Of a DNA stretch of 64,000 nt, positions 34,882 to 45,759 are shown in pieces (the first letter of the stretch is position 1; every line of letters starts with the position of its first letter). The notes beneath the pieces were generated by a model, which was not told the origin of the DNA, searched no databases, and worked only from the letters and a program-made list of their open reading frames with translations. The position numbers and the translations under genes are program-made. The DNA lies in NCBI GenBank assembly GCA_965248835.1, contig CBDFLJ010000002.1, positions 448,001 to 512,000 on the forward strand, in the 5' to 3' direction. Source of the stretch: Alphaproteobacteria bacterium (GTDB lineage Bacteria; Pseudomonadota; Alphaproteobacteria; MPNO01).

Positions 34882-35757
34882 ATGGAACAAGATCCGAAAT
34901 TTGACAATCGTTCCGGTCTTGGGGTCAACCGCGACGCCGATATCGTATGTCGGCAGGTGCGCAAGGTTTACAACGCGAACGGAAAGCCGCTGGAAGCCGT
35001 CCGACGCGTGGATTTCTCAGTTGCCGATGGCGAATTCGTTTCGCTGCTGGGGCCGAGCGGCTGCGGCAAAAGCACGCTCCTGATGATGATCGGAGGGATC
35101 GAGAGCATAACCAGCGGCGAAATTTTCGCCGGCGGAGAGCCGGTAACAGGGCCGCGGCGGGAGTTCGGGATTATGCTCCAGGAACCCACCTTGCTTCCGT
35201 GGAAGTCTGCCATGGACAACGTGATGTTCCCGATCGACATGATGCGGTTGTCCCGCAGACGGTCCCGCAGACGGTATATGGACCGCGCCCTCGAACTGCT
35301 CCAGACCATCGGGCTCGCCGGATTCGAAAGAAGCAAACCGAGGGAACTGTCGGGCGGGATGCGTCAGCGTGTCGCGATCTGTCGGGCCTTGATCAGCGAT
35401 CCCCGCGTTTTGCTGATGGATGAACCGTTCAGCGCGCTCGACGCAATGACTCGCGACGAGATGAATATCCTCATGCTGGATCTCTGGGAGACCTACAGGA
35501 AGACGGCGATCTTCGTAACCCATTCCATACGCGAGGCGGTCCTGCTCTCGGACCGCGTCCTGGTCATGCGCGACCGCCCCTCAACCATCATCAGCGACAC
35601 GAGCATCCCTTTTCAGCGTCCGCGCAGCATCAGCCTCGGAGAAACCCAGGAGTTCAATGAAATCTGCGCGATGCTGCGCGATCAGATCGAGGTCGCGCGG
35701 ACCGATGGCGATGGCCGAACGCCCGGCGCGCTCGCCGAAGGCGAGGCAGGGTCATGA
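34882..35757 (+). CDS. ABC transporter ATP-binding protein (NitT/TauT type)
   Basis: GPSGCGKST, LSGGMRQR, LLMDEPF, VTHS. Confidence 0.93.
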   Translation: MEQDPKFDNRSGLGVNRDADIVCRQVRKVYNANGKPLEAVRRVDFSVADGEFVSLLGPSGCGKSTLLMMIGGIESITSGEIFAGGEPVTGPRREFGIMLQEPTLLPWKSAMDNVMFPIDMMRLSRRRSRRRYMDRALELLQTIGLAGFERSKPRELSGGMRQRVAICRALISDPRVLLMDEPFSALDAMTRDEMNILMLDLWETYRKTAIFVTHSIREAVLLSDRVLVMRDRPSTIISDTSIPFQRPRSISLGETQEFNEICAMLRDQIEVARTDGDGRTPGALAEGEAGS

Positions 35758-36593
35758 AGGACCAGCCTTACGTCGTGCCGGCTGACGGCTCCGTGATCGA
35801 GGGGCCGGCGCGGCACCGCGGCAGACTGGCCTCCGTTTCCAGGCAGGCGCTTCTTTCCGCAATTCTGCCGATCACGACTGCGGCGGCGGCTCTCGTCGCC
35901 TGGGAAGTTCTGGTGACGAGAAGCGGGATTGCGGAGTCGATCCTGCCGCCACCGACCGCCGTGATGAGCAAATTGTTCGATTTTCTGGGGTTGCTCATGT
36001 CCCATAGCGTGCCAACCACTTTGGAAACGCTGGTGGCTTTCGGGATCTCCATCCCGCTCGGGATCGCGTTGGCGGCCGTCATGATCTATTCGCCACTGAT
36101 AAACCGGGCGCTATACGCAAATCTTGTTTTCTTTCAGCTGATTCCGAAGATAGCGCTCGCCCCGCTGTTCATCGTATGGTTGGGAATCGGGGCGGAATCA
36201 CGCGTTGCTTTTTCCGTGTTCATTTGTTTTTTCCCAATTCTAATTTCGACCGTTACCGGTCTGCAGGCGGTCGATCGCGATATGCTTCGCCTTTGTAAAT
36301 CGGTCGGGGCAAGTGACTGGCAGGTACTCATCCACGTTCGATTTCCGTATTCGTTTCCATTCATATTCGCCGGTATGAAAGTTGCGGTAACCCTTGCGAT
36401 CATCGGTGTCGTCGTCGGCGAGTTCATCGCTTCGACCGAGGGGCTCGGGTATCTCATACTGTTCGCGTCGTCGCGCCAGCAAACCGATCTCGGACTCGCC
36501 GCCATAACCCTATTGTGCATCGTCGGGCTCATGTTCTACGGACTCGTCGTCCTCGGCGAGATCGTCTTCGAGAAATTCTACGGCAGCCGTTGA
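35754..36593 (+). CDS. ABC transporter permease (NitT/TauT type)
   Basis: LPPP, PKIALAPLFIVWLG, GVVVGEF, GLGY. Confidence 0.93.
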   Translation: MKDQPYVVPADGSVIEGPARHRGRLASVSRQALLSAILPITTAAAALVAWEVLVTRSGIAESILPPPTAVMSKLFDFLGLLMSHSVPTTLETLVAFGISIPLGIALAAVMIYSPLINRALYANLVFFQLIPKIALAPLFIVWLGIGAESRVAFSVFICFFPILISTVTGLQAVDRDMLRLCKSVGASDWQVLIHVRFPYSFPFIFAGMKVAVTLAIIGVVVGEFIASTEGLGYLILFASSRQQTDLGLAAITLLCIVGLMFYGLVVLGEIVFEKFYGSR

Positions 36594-36677
36594 CGCGTTC
36601 GATGCGCGTGAGGGTGGCCGGAGATTGGATTGACGGATTGAGAAACCGGATCTTGAAATTCTGGAAGGTTTGAACCC

Positions 36678-37703
36678 ATGTTCGTCAGGAATTCCTGGTA
36701 CTTGGCGGCGTGGTCGGATGAGCTTCGCGAGATGCCGTTGGGCCTCGTACTACTATGCGACCCGATCGTCCTGTTTAGAAGCTCCGACGGTGCCCCAATC
36801 GCGCTGGAAGACCGGTGCGTGCACCGGCGCGTTCCGCTTTCCATGGGAACTATCTGCGACGATCGCATCCAGTGTACCTATCACGGTTTCGTCTACGATC
36901 GCACGGGCGCGTGCGTCAAGATCCCCGGGCAATCGTCGATCCCGGCGGAAGCGAGGATAAGAAGCTATCCGATCGTCGAGCGCCATGGCTGTATCTTCGT
37001 TTGGATGGGAAACCCGCAAAAGGCGGATGACGCCCTGGTACCCAAATTCGAGACACTCCGGAAGCCCGGCTATGGCGTGACCAAAAAGCATGTCCGGCTA
37101 GAGACCCACTATCAACTCATCATCGACAACCTGTTGGACCTGTCGCACCTTGCCTATCTTCATGCCTCGAGTGTAGGCCAGGCGGAGCTCGCCGAGCTGG
37201 CAAACGTAAATACCGAGATCGAGGGCGATATCGTCAGGGTTTCACGATGGACGCTCGATGTCCCGGCGGTTCGCACGTACCAGCAGTTCGGCCGGTACGA
37301 AACCAACATCGACCGTTGGCAAATCTCGGAGTTTACGCCGCCGTGCTTCTTCATCATCGACAATGGCGCCGCATCGACGGGAACCGGTGCTCCTGAAGGG
37401 AAGACCGGCGAGAACAGGTGGGGCTTCAACGTGTGCCACGGTATCACCCCGGAAACCGACAGGACGACGCATTACTTCTGGGCCCTGTCGCATGAATTCA
37501 GTGATACCGAGGACCGATTGCAGGAGTTCTACCGTCAGAACCATGAGGTTGTAGGGGAAGACATTTCCATCTTTGAGGCGCAACAGAAATACATCGACCT
37601 GGACCCGACGGCCAAGACCGTCGATTTCAAGTACGACGCCGGACCGCTCAAGGCCCGGATGATCATGGACCGTCTGATATCCGAGGAAATGGCCGGGGCG
37701 TGA
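36678..37703 (+). CDS. Rieske non-heme iron oxygenase alpha subunit (VanA-like) 3
   Basis: DRCVHR, CTYHG, NLLDLSHLAYLH, TPETDRTTHYFW. Confidence 0.92.
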   Translation: MFVRNSWYLAAWSDELREMPLGLVLLCDPIVLFRSSDGAPIALEDRCVHRRVPLSMGTICDDRIQCTYHGFVYDRTGACVKIPGQSSIPAEARIRSYPIVERHGCIFVWMGNPQKADDALVPKFETLRKPGYGVTKKHVRLETHYQLIIDNLLDLSHLAYLHASSVGQAELAELANVNTEIEGDIVRVSRWTLDVPAVRTYQQFGRYETNIDRWQISEFTPPCFFIIDNGAASTGTGAPEGKTGENRWGFNVCHGITPETDRTTHYFWALSHEFSDTEDRLQEFYRQNHEVVGEDISIFEAQQKYIDLDPTAKTVDFKYDAGPLKARMIMDRLISEEMAGA

Positions 37704-37705
37704 GC

Positions 37706-38762
37706 TAGAGCACTTTCAGATCAGACAGAATCATAGGGGATTCCCTTGAGTCGGGGTTTGTGATTCAAGATGCGTGCTGGAGAAGGAGGCCAGCGTGCAT
37801 GACGAAACCTCTTTCGATTGATTTACGGGAACGGCTGATATCGGCAGTTGAAGACGGGATGTCGCGGCGCTGTGCGGCGGAACGCTTTGGGGTCGCGGCG
37901 TCGACAGCGATCAAATGGGTGGATCAATGGCGACGAACGGGCAATGTCCGACCCCAGCCGCAGGGCGGGGATTATCGCTCGCAGCGGATCGAAGCCCATG
38001 CCGAGGAAGTCCTGGCTCTGATCGAGGAAACGCCGGACATCACCCTGGGCGAGATCGCCGTGCATCTGGATGAGACGCATGAGCTGAAGGTCGCTCCAAG
38101 CACCGTCTGGCGTCTGCTTGATCGCCACGGTATGACGTTCAAAAAAAACCGCGCACGCCAGCGAACAACAGCGGCCTGACGTTCTGCGGCGTCGTCGAGC
38201 CTGGTTCGAATCCCAGCCCGATCTGGAGCCGGAGCGGCTTGTTTTCATCGACGAGACCGGAGCATCGACCAAGATGGCTCGGCGTTATGGTCGATCGCCG
38301 CGCGGCGAACGCTGCCGGGCGCCGGTGCCCCATGGGCATTGGAAGACGACCACCTTCGTCGGCGCGCTCAGGCTGGAAGGCATGACCGCGCCCATGATCC
38401 TCGACGGCGCCATGCACGGTGCCGCCTTCCTGGAATACGTGGAACAGGTGCTGGCGCCAACGCTCTCGCCCGGCGATATCGTCATCATGGACAATCTGCC
38501 TGCGCACAAACCTGTCACGGTACGCCTCGCCATCGAAGCCGTGGGCGCTGAACTGCGTTTTCTTCCGCCGTACTCCCCCGACTTCAATCCCATTGAGATG
38601 GCTTTCTCCAAGCTCAAGGCCTTCCTCGAAAAGACTGCGGCCCGAACGGTCGACGATCTTTGGGACGCGATTGCATACGGCATCAAGATATTCACCCCAA
38701 CGGAATGTGAAAACTACTTCGCTGCTGCAGGATATGACCGTGTCTGATCGGAAATTGCTCTA
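37706..38762 (+). mobile_element. IS630-family element (two ORFs, A8 frameshift site)
   Basis: TAGAGCACTTTCAGATCAGAC ... GTCTGATCGGAAATTGCTCTA; ORFs 37799-38179 and to 38747; [23 protein letters not shown]. Confidence 0.92.
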
Positions 38763-39541
38763 GGCTCTGGACCCATAACCAACAAATGACGATCCGGCGA
38801 TGGTGACGGCGGCGGTGAGGTCAGGGCGAGTTTGTCCGGCTGGCGATCCGGCGCCAGTCAACTTGAGTCGGGCGCAACGTTCGATGTTGCGCAGACGGTC
38901 GCACTGACTTGCCGATCTTGATGCCGTTTGCGGGTGATAGGCCAGGGGATCGCCGGGATGGTGCTGGCGGTCGAGAAGCCGGTCGAGGAGCGATCGCGTC
39001 GTAGGCGGTATCGGCGATGGACACAGATGCCCGGCGGCGCACGTCCGCAGGCGCGCCGCCGGTGCGTCGCCGCATGGACCGCCCCGGCGATCAGCGGAGT
39101 TCGCGCGGCCGTGCTCGTCGGCGGCATCGACAATCGTGCGCCCGCATCGCGGGCGGCCGATGCGCCTGGAAGGGAAGACCGGCTGAGAACAGGTGTGCCT
39201 TGACATTCGAAAGCATCACCGCCGCTGGCGGTCATCAGCCCCGCCAACCGCACGGACGACGCCATGCCATACACCCTTGCGGCCCTGCGGACATGAGCGG
39301 TTGTACAGTGATCCGAGGGCCGATTCCGCAGGCGCATCCCTACCGGCAGAACCCGAGGTTGTAGGGGAAGACATTCCCCGATATCACCCGGCGTCAACAG
39401 AAATACATCGACGCTGGTGTCCGACGGCCAAGACGGCGTCGACTTCCAAGTACGACGCCACCGCTCAAGGCTCTCCGATCCTCAATCCCATGGTTTGGAA
39501 GCTGAATCCGACAGAAATGCGCTTTTATGGGTCCAGATGGC
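38763..39541 (-). mobile_element. Garbled inverted IS5-family copy containing a distorted piece of Rieske gene 3
   Basis: Ends GGCTCTGGACCCATAA and TTATGGGTCCAGA match the IS5 at 41669; interior is an indel-rich reverse complement of 41.7-42.6 kb; 39280-39471 resembles 37481-37654. Confidence 0.65.
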
Positions 39542-40613
39542 TAGAGCGTCCTTGGATTGAGTGGAATCAATTGGTGGATACCCATTCATGATGATGTGTG
39601 ATTCCCTCTCACGACATCGATATGTTGTGGGAGGCGGACATGGCATGGCGACGCGGGCAGGCTTATTCGCAGGATCTGCGCGATCGTGTTCTCTCAGCGG
39701 TGGATGGTGGGCTGGGCGTCTATCGGGCAGCCGAGCTGTTCGATGTGAGCGTGTCCTACATCTACAAGGCGCTGGATCGTCGGCGCCGAACGGGCGAGAG
39801 CGGCGCGAACCCGAACCGGGGCCACCGCCGGCGCAAACTGTCGGCGGCGCAGGCGGTGGCACTGGCGGCGCATATCGCCGCACACCCGGACATCACCCTG
39901 GCGCGGTTGCAGGACTGGCTGGCGGCCGAGCACGCGGTGCGGCTGAGTGACGGCGCGATCTGGCAGGCGGTCGACCGGCTCGGCCTGTCGTTCAAAAAAA
40001 ACCCTGCGCGCCGCCGAGCACGATCGGCCCGACATGGCCGCCCGGCGCCGGGCCTGGCGGGCGGCGCAGGGCTGGATCGACCCACGACGCCTGGTGTTCA
40101 TTGATGAAAGCGGGGTGAACACCAAGATGACCCGGCGCTACGGCCGCGCGCCGGTCGGCCGTCGTCTGCACGCCGCGGCCCCCTTCGGTCACTGGAAGAC
40201 CATGACCTTCGTCGCCGCGCTGCGACAGCGCGGGCTGAGCGCGCCCTGGGTGCTTGACGGCGCCATGGACGGCGACGCCTTCAGAACCTACACCGCCGAG
40301 ATCCTCGCCCCGACGCTCACGCCAGGCGACATCGTGGTCATGGACAACCTGCCGGCCCACAAGGTCGCCGGCATCGCCGAGACCATCGCCGGACAACAGG
40401 CCCAGCTCTTCTATCTGCCGCCGTACTCGCCCGACATGAACCCGATCGAACTCGCCTTCTCAAAGCTCAAGACCGCACTCAGGGCCGAGCCGGCACGCAC
40501 CATCGACACGCTCTGGCGGCGCATCGGCACCATCCTTGATACCTTCACCCAAAGCGAATGCGCCAACTACTTCAATGCAACTGGTTATCAACACTCAATA
40601 TGAGAATGCACTA
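39542..40613 (+). mobile_element. IS630-family element (second type)
   Basis: CTAG-bounded; MAWRRGQAYSQDLRDRV ORF, TTCAAAAAAAA slippery site, [25 protein letters not shown]. Confidence 0.92.
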
Positions 40614-41668
40614 GAGCATTTTCTGAGCTTTGGGAATCGAGGGGGATTCCCCGGAGGGTGGATATGTGATTCAAGATGCGTGCTGGAGAAGGAGGCCAGC
40701 GTGCATGGCGAAATCTCTTTCCAAGGATCTTCGGGAGCGGCTTGTCGCGGCGGTTGAAGGCGGGATGACACGGCGCTCGGCGGCGCAACGCTTCGGGGTG
40801 GCGGCTTCGACGGCGATCAAATGGGTCGATCGGTGGCGACGGACCGGCGATGTCGGGCCGCGGCCGCGGGGCGGCGATCACCGCTCGCACCGGATCGAGG
40901 CCCATGGCGAGGAGATCCTGGCCCTGATCGAGGAGACGCCGGACATCACCTTGGCGGAGCTGGCCGAGCATCTCGCCGCGGCCCATGGTGTGGTGTTCGC
41001 GCAGAGCACGATCTGGCGCCTGCTCGAGCGTCGCGGGATGACGTTCAAAAAAAACCGCGCACGCCAGCGAGCAGCAGCGCCCTGAGGTTGTGCGACGGCG
41101 CCACGCCTGGTTCGAGACCCAGCCTGATCTGGATCCCGAGCGACTGGTCTTCATCGACGAAACCGGCGCCTCGACCAAAATGGCGCGGCGCTATGGCCGG
41201 GCACGGCGCGGCGAGCGGTGCCGTGCCCCGGTGCCCCATGGTCATTGGAAGACCACCACCTTCGTCGGCGCGCTTCGGCTGCACGGCATGACCGCGCCCA
41301 TGGTGCTCGACGGCGCCATGAACGGCGCGGCCTTCCTGGCCTATGTGCAGCACGTGCTGGTGCCAACACTGGCCCCCGGTGACATCGTCGTGATGGACAA
41401 CTTGCCCGCGCATAAGCCCGTCGCCGTGCGGCATGCCATCGAGGGCGCCGGCGCGGAGATGCGTTTCCTGCCGCCCTACAGCCCCGACTTCAATCCGATC
41501 GAGATGGCTTTCTCCAAGCTCAAGGCCTTCCTCGAAAAGGTCGCCGCAAGAACCGTCGACGACCTCTGGGATGCTATCGCCAATGGCATCGATAGCTTCA
41601 CGCCAACCGAATGCCAAAACGACTTCGCTGCAGCCGGATATGACCGCGAATGATCGAAATATGCTCTA
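40612..41668 (+). mobile_element. IS630-family element (paralog of 37706 copy)
   Basis: TAGAGCATTTTC ... GAAATATGCTCTA; ORFs 40705-41085 and to 41653. Confidence 0.92.
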
Positions 41669-42635
41669 GGCTCTGGACCCATAAAAGCGCTTTATGATTC
41701 TGTTTGGATCTGATTCAAGCTTCCAAACCGTGAGGATGTCGGAGAGCTTTTGGCTGAGCGATGAGCAGTTTGGACGTCTGGCGCCGTTGTTGCCGACGGA
41801 CACGCGGGGCGTGCCGCGGGTTGACGACCGGCGGGTGATATCTGGGATCATCCATGTTCTTCAATCGGGCTGCCGGTGGAGCTTGAGGATGTCGGAGAGC
41901 CGGCGATGAAGTTTGGACTGGCCCGTTGTTGCCGACGGACACGCGCGGCGTGCCGCGGGTTGACGACCGGCGGGTGTATCGGGGATCATCCATGTTCTTC
42001 AATCGGGCTGCCGGTGGAGGGATGCGCCGGCGGAATACGGCCCTCACAAGACGCTGTACAACCGCTTTGTCCGCTGGGCGCGCAAGGGTGTATGGCAGGG
42101 CGTCTTCGTGCGGTTGGCGGATTCTGGCGGACCGCCGGCGGCGGTGATGCTGGATTCGACCCATGTCAAGGCGCACCGTTCGGCGGCGGGCGGAAAAGGG
42201 GGGCCGAGATCCAGGCGATCGGCCGCTCGCGGGGCGGGCGCACGACCAAGATCCATGCCGCCGTCGACGAGCACGGCCGGGCGCGACGGCTGATCGTCGG
42301 GGCGGGCCATCGCGGCGACGCACCGATGGCGGCGCGCCTGATCGGGGCGATGGCGCCCGGCTTGTGTATCGCCGATACCGCCTACGACAGCGACGCGCTC
42401 CGCGACCTGCTTCTCGACCGGGGCACCATCCCGGTCATCCCCAACAATCCGACCCGCAAACGGCATCACCCGTTCGATCGTCAGGCCTACCGCCTGCGCA
42501 ACGTCATCGAACGTGCCTTCGCCCGGCTCAAGGACTGGCGCCGGATCGCCACCCGATACGACAAACTCGCCCTGACCTACACCGCCGCCGTCACCATCGC
42601 CGCCATCGTCATTTGCTGGTTATGAGTCTGGAGCC
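41669..42635 (+). mobile_element. IS5-family (IS427-like) element with 5' internal duplication
   Basis: IRs GGCTCTGGACCCATAA / TTATGAGTCTGGAGCC; RVDDRRVISGI, LDSTHVKAH, GRSRGGRTTKIH, ADTAYD, YRLRNVIER..RLKDWRRIATRYDK. Confidence 0.88.
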
Positions 42636-43822
42636 TAGTCACCTGGAACTGAAGTAAATTGCACTATATGATGGCCATCGTCGTTGGGCTTTGGAGGTGT
42701 TTGCGATGGTGCGTGGCGTTGGCCGGCCGGTTGCGGCTTTGGTTCTGAGCGATGCAGAACGGTCGTATCTCGAGCGTCAGCTCCGCCGTCGCCAGATCGC
42801 GCGCGCGGTGTCGGACCGCTGCCGCATGATCCTGCGTTGCGCGGCTGGTCTGACCAACAAGGCGGTCGCTGCCGAGCTCGGCGTGCACGAGCACACGGTC
42901 GGCAAGTGGCGCCGCCGCTTCCTGAAGGACCGCATCGACGGACTGTCGGATGAGCCTCGGCCGGGGCGGCCGCGGACCATCGAGGATGATCAAGTGGCAC
43001 AGGTCATTGAACGGACGCTCAACGCGACGCCGGCGGATGCGACCCATTGGTCGCTCCGCTCGATGGCCCGGGAGACCGGGCTGTCGCACACGACGATCCG
43101 GCGCATCTGGACGGCCTTCGGGTTGCAGCCGCACCGCTCGCAGACCTTCAAACTGTCGAGCGATCCGCTGTTCGTCGACAAGGTCCGCGACATCGTCGGG
43201 CTCTATCTGTCGCCGCCGGACCGCGCGCTGGTGCTCTGTGTCGATGAAAAGAGCCAGATCCAGGCCCTCGACCGCGAACAGCCGGTGTTGCCGATGATGC
43301 CGGGCATGGCCGAGCGGCGGACGTACAATTACGTCCGGCACGGGACGACCTCGCTGTTCGCCGCCCTCGATGTCGCCACGGGCTTCGTCATCGGCAAGTG
43401 CTACAGGCGCCACCGGGCCAGGGAGTTCCTCGACTTTCTGAAGCAGATCGACGCCCGCGTCCCCGAGGATCTCGACATCCACATCGTCATGGACAACTAC
43501 GCCACCCACAAGACCGCCGCGATCAGAGCCTGGCTGGCGCGGCGGCCGCACTATCATGTCCACTTCACGCCGACCTCGGCCTCCTGGATCAACCAGGTCG
43601 AGCGCTGGTTCGCCGAATTGACGCGCAAGCAACTGCGACGCGGCGTTCATACCTCGACGAAGCAGCTCGAAGCCGACATCCGCGCCTTCATCGAAAAACA
43701 CAACGAAGACCCCAAGCCCTTCAAATGGACCAAATCAGCCGACGACATCCTCGCCGCCGTCAAACGCTTCTGCCTCCGCGTCGATCAAAACTTATGCCAC
43801 CAACTTTAGATTCGGGTGACTA
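42636..43822 (+). mobile_element. IS630-family element, single-ORF transposase (42706-43809)
   Basis: IRs TAGTCACC / GGTGACTA; PRPGRPR, CVDEKSQIQALDR, YVRHGT, MDNYATHK, HFTPTSASWINQVERWF. Confidence 0.93.
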
Positions 43823-43875
43823 GTTCGGTTGTAGTCGGCGGAGCAAGAGTGCTCCGCACGAGGCGGCCGGGTAGT

Positions 43876-45573
43876 CCGGCGGCTACACCATCCAGACCGT
43901 GTGAAAACTCTGGGTGGCGGGGGATTCCGTGTGTCTCATGGCGATGTTAGGGTCCGCCATGAGACACATTCCTGGCATTGACCGCTCTCAGGTTCTGCTT
44001 CTGCCGGAAGCAGTGGACGATTACGTGGGCCGGGATAACCCGGTCCGTTTCATCGATGCCTTCGTGGATGGTTTGGACCTGGCGGCCGCTGGTTTCGAGC
44101 GCGCCGCGCCGAAGGCGACAGGTCGTCCCGGCTACGATCCGGCGGACCTGCTGAAGCTCTACATATACGGCTATCTCAATCGGGTACGTTCGAGCCGCCG
44201 GCTGGAGGCTGAGAGCAAGCGTAATCTCGAAGTGATCTGGCTGTTGCGGCGTTTGTCGCCGGACTTCAAGACGATCGCCGATTTCCGGAGGATCAATCGG
44301 GCGGCCTTCCGACAGGTGTTTCGGGAGTTCGTGAGGCTATGCCGCGAACTGGAGCTGTTCGGTCGCGAGCTGGTGGCGGTTGACGGTACACGGATCAAGG
44401 CAGTGAACAGCCGGAAGCGGAACTTCACCAAAGCGAAGCTGGAGAAGGCGTTGGCCGAGAGCGACGAGAGGTTGTCGCGTTATCTCGACCGGCTCGACGA
44501 GGCCGACGGGCAAGACGAGGGCGGCGCCGGCGGCGGCGAGGTGGAGAATATCCAGGAGAAGATCGCTGCGATCCAAGGGCGGCGTGAGCGGTTTGAGGAA
44601 CATCGAGACGCACTGGCTGCGAGTGGCGAGGGCCAGCTCTCTTTGACGGATCCGGACAGCCGGGCGATGTACGCCGAGACCCGGGTCGGTGTCGGCTACA
44701 ACATTCAGATCGCCGTGGACGCCAAGCACAAACTGATCGCCGAGCAGCAGGTCCATAACAAGGTCAGCGATCTCGGTCTATTGGCCGAGACGGCGGTGGT
44801 GGCCCGTCGGAACCTGGCCGTCGATCGGATCGACGCGGTCGCCGACGCGGGCTACTTCAAGATCGAGGATATCGAGGCCTGCGAGAATGCCGGCGTCGTG
44901 CCGCATGTGCCCAAGCCCCAGCGCGGATCCACGGTGAGCCAGGGGCTCTTTCCCAAGGAACGCTTCCGCTATGACGGCGGCGAGGACATTTACATCTGCC
45001 CCGACGGCCAACGCCTGGCGCTACACAGCAAGCGCAAGCGCCGCGATCTCATCTTCGCCAGTTACGCCAATCGCGCCGCGTGCAAGGAGTGCCAACTCAA
45101 GTCGAAGTGTACGAAAAGCGCCTTCCGTCGGGTCCTGCGCTATGTCGACGAAGCGATCCTGGAGCGCATGGCAGAACGATTGGCGGCCCGCCCGGAGCTG
45201 CTCGATGCGCGCCGTGAAAGCGTCGAGCATCCCTTCGGCTCAATCAAACAATGGATGGGCCAGGGTGCCTTCCTGACCCGGCGGCTGGAGAACGTGCGCG
45301 GCGAGTTCAGCATCACGGCGCTGGCTTACAACATCCGCCGCGCGATCTCTCTGGTAGGTGTTCCCGCCTTGATCGCCGCCGCGAGGGCATGAGACAGGAA
45401 TCAGGCCAAAATCGAGCGCCGCACATCGATCCATGGAGGCCTGGAGCCCCTTCCACAGGGCTACCGGCGCCAAACCGCCAGATTACGTGGGATCGCCGCA
45501 AATCATGGTTACCTAAACCTCCATCCCCGCCCCCGCCCGAGTTTTCACACGGTCTGGATGGTGTAGCCGCCGG
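43876..45573 (+). mobile_element. IS1182-family element bounded by a perfect 35-bp inverted repeat
   Basis: CCGGCGGCTACACCATCCAGACCGTGTGAAAACTC at 43876-43910 and its exact reverse complement at 45539-45573. Confidence 0.9.
43959..45392 (+). CDS. IS1182-family transposase
   Basis: GRPGYDP, SSRRLE, PDFKTIADFR, VDGTRI, TDPDSR, GYNIQ, ADAGY, VEHPFGSIK, LAYNI. Confidence 0.93.
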   Translation: MRHIPGIDRSQVLLLPEAVDDYVGRDNPVRFIDAFVDGLDLAAAGFERAAPKATGRPGYDPADLLKLYIYGYLNRVRSSRRLEAESKRNLEVIWLLRRLSPDFKTIADFRRINRAAFRQVFREFVRLCRELELFGRELVAVDGTRIKAVNSRKRNFTKAKLEKALAESDERLSRYLDRLDEADGQDEGGAGGGEVENIQEKIAAIQGRRERFEEHRDALAASGEGQLSLTDPDSRAMYAETRVGVGYNIQIAVDAKHKLIAEQQVHNKVSDLGLLAETAVVARRNLAVDRIDAVADAGYFKIEDIEACENAGVVPHVPKPQRGSTVSQGLFPKERFRYDGGEDIYICPDGQRLALHSKRKRRDLIFASYANRAACKECQLKSKCTKSAFRRVLRYVDEAILERMAERLAARPELLDARRESVEHPFGSIKQWMGQGAFLTRRLENVRGEFSITALAYNIRRAISLVGVPALIAAARA

Positions 45574-45759
45574 TGAACCCGTGCATGTCCCCAAGGCGTT
45601 CGAAGATAAGCTGCGCCGATCCATCCCGGCGCCGTGAAGTCCTGCCGCGAGATCGGAATCGAGGTGCCGGAGCGCTTGCCGCGCAGGCGGCCGTTTCCGA
45701 ATGGGTGCAACAGTGGACCGGGGGAGAGGGCATCATTCCCCCGGCGATGAGGAGTCGCC

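Noticed and set aside
35250-35275. 12-bp duplication in ABC ATPase (SRRR twice)
   Set aside because: In frame, in a variable loop; no evidence of function
38138-38150. IS630 split ORFs as pseudogenes
   Set aside because: TTCAAAAAAAA occurs at the same position in three copies, consistent with programmed frameshifting known in IS630
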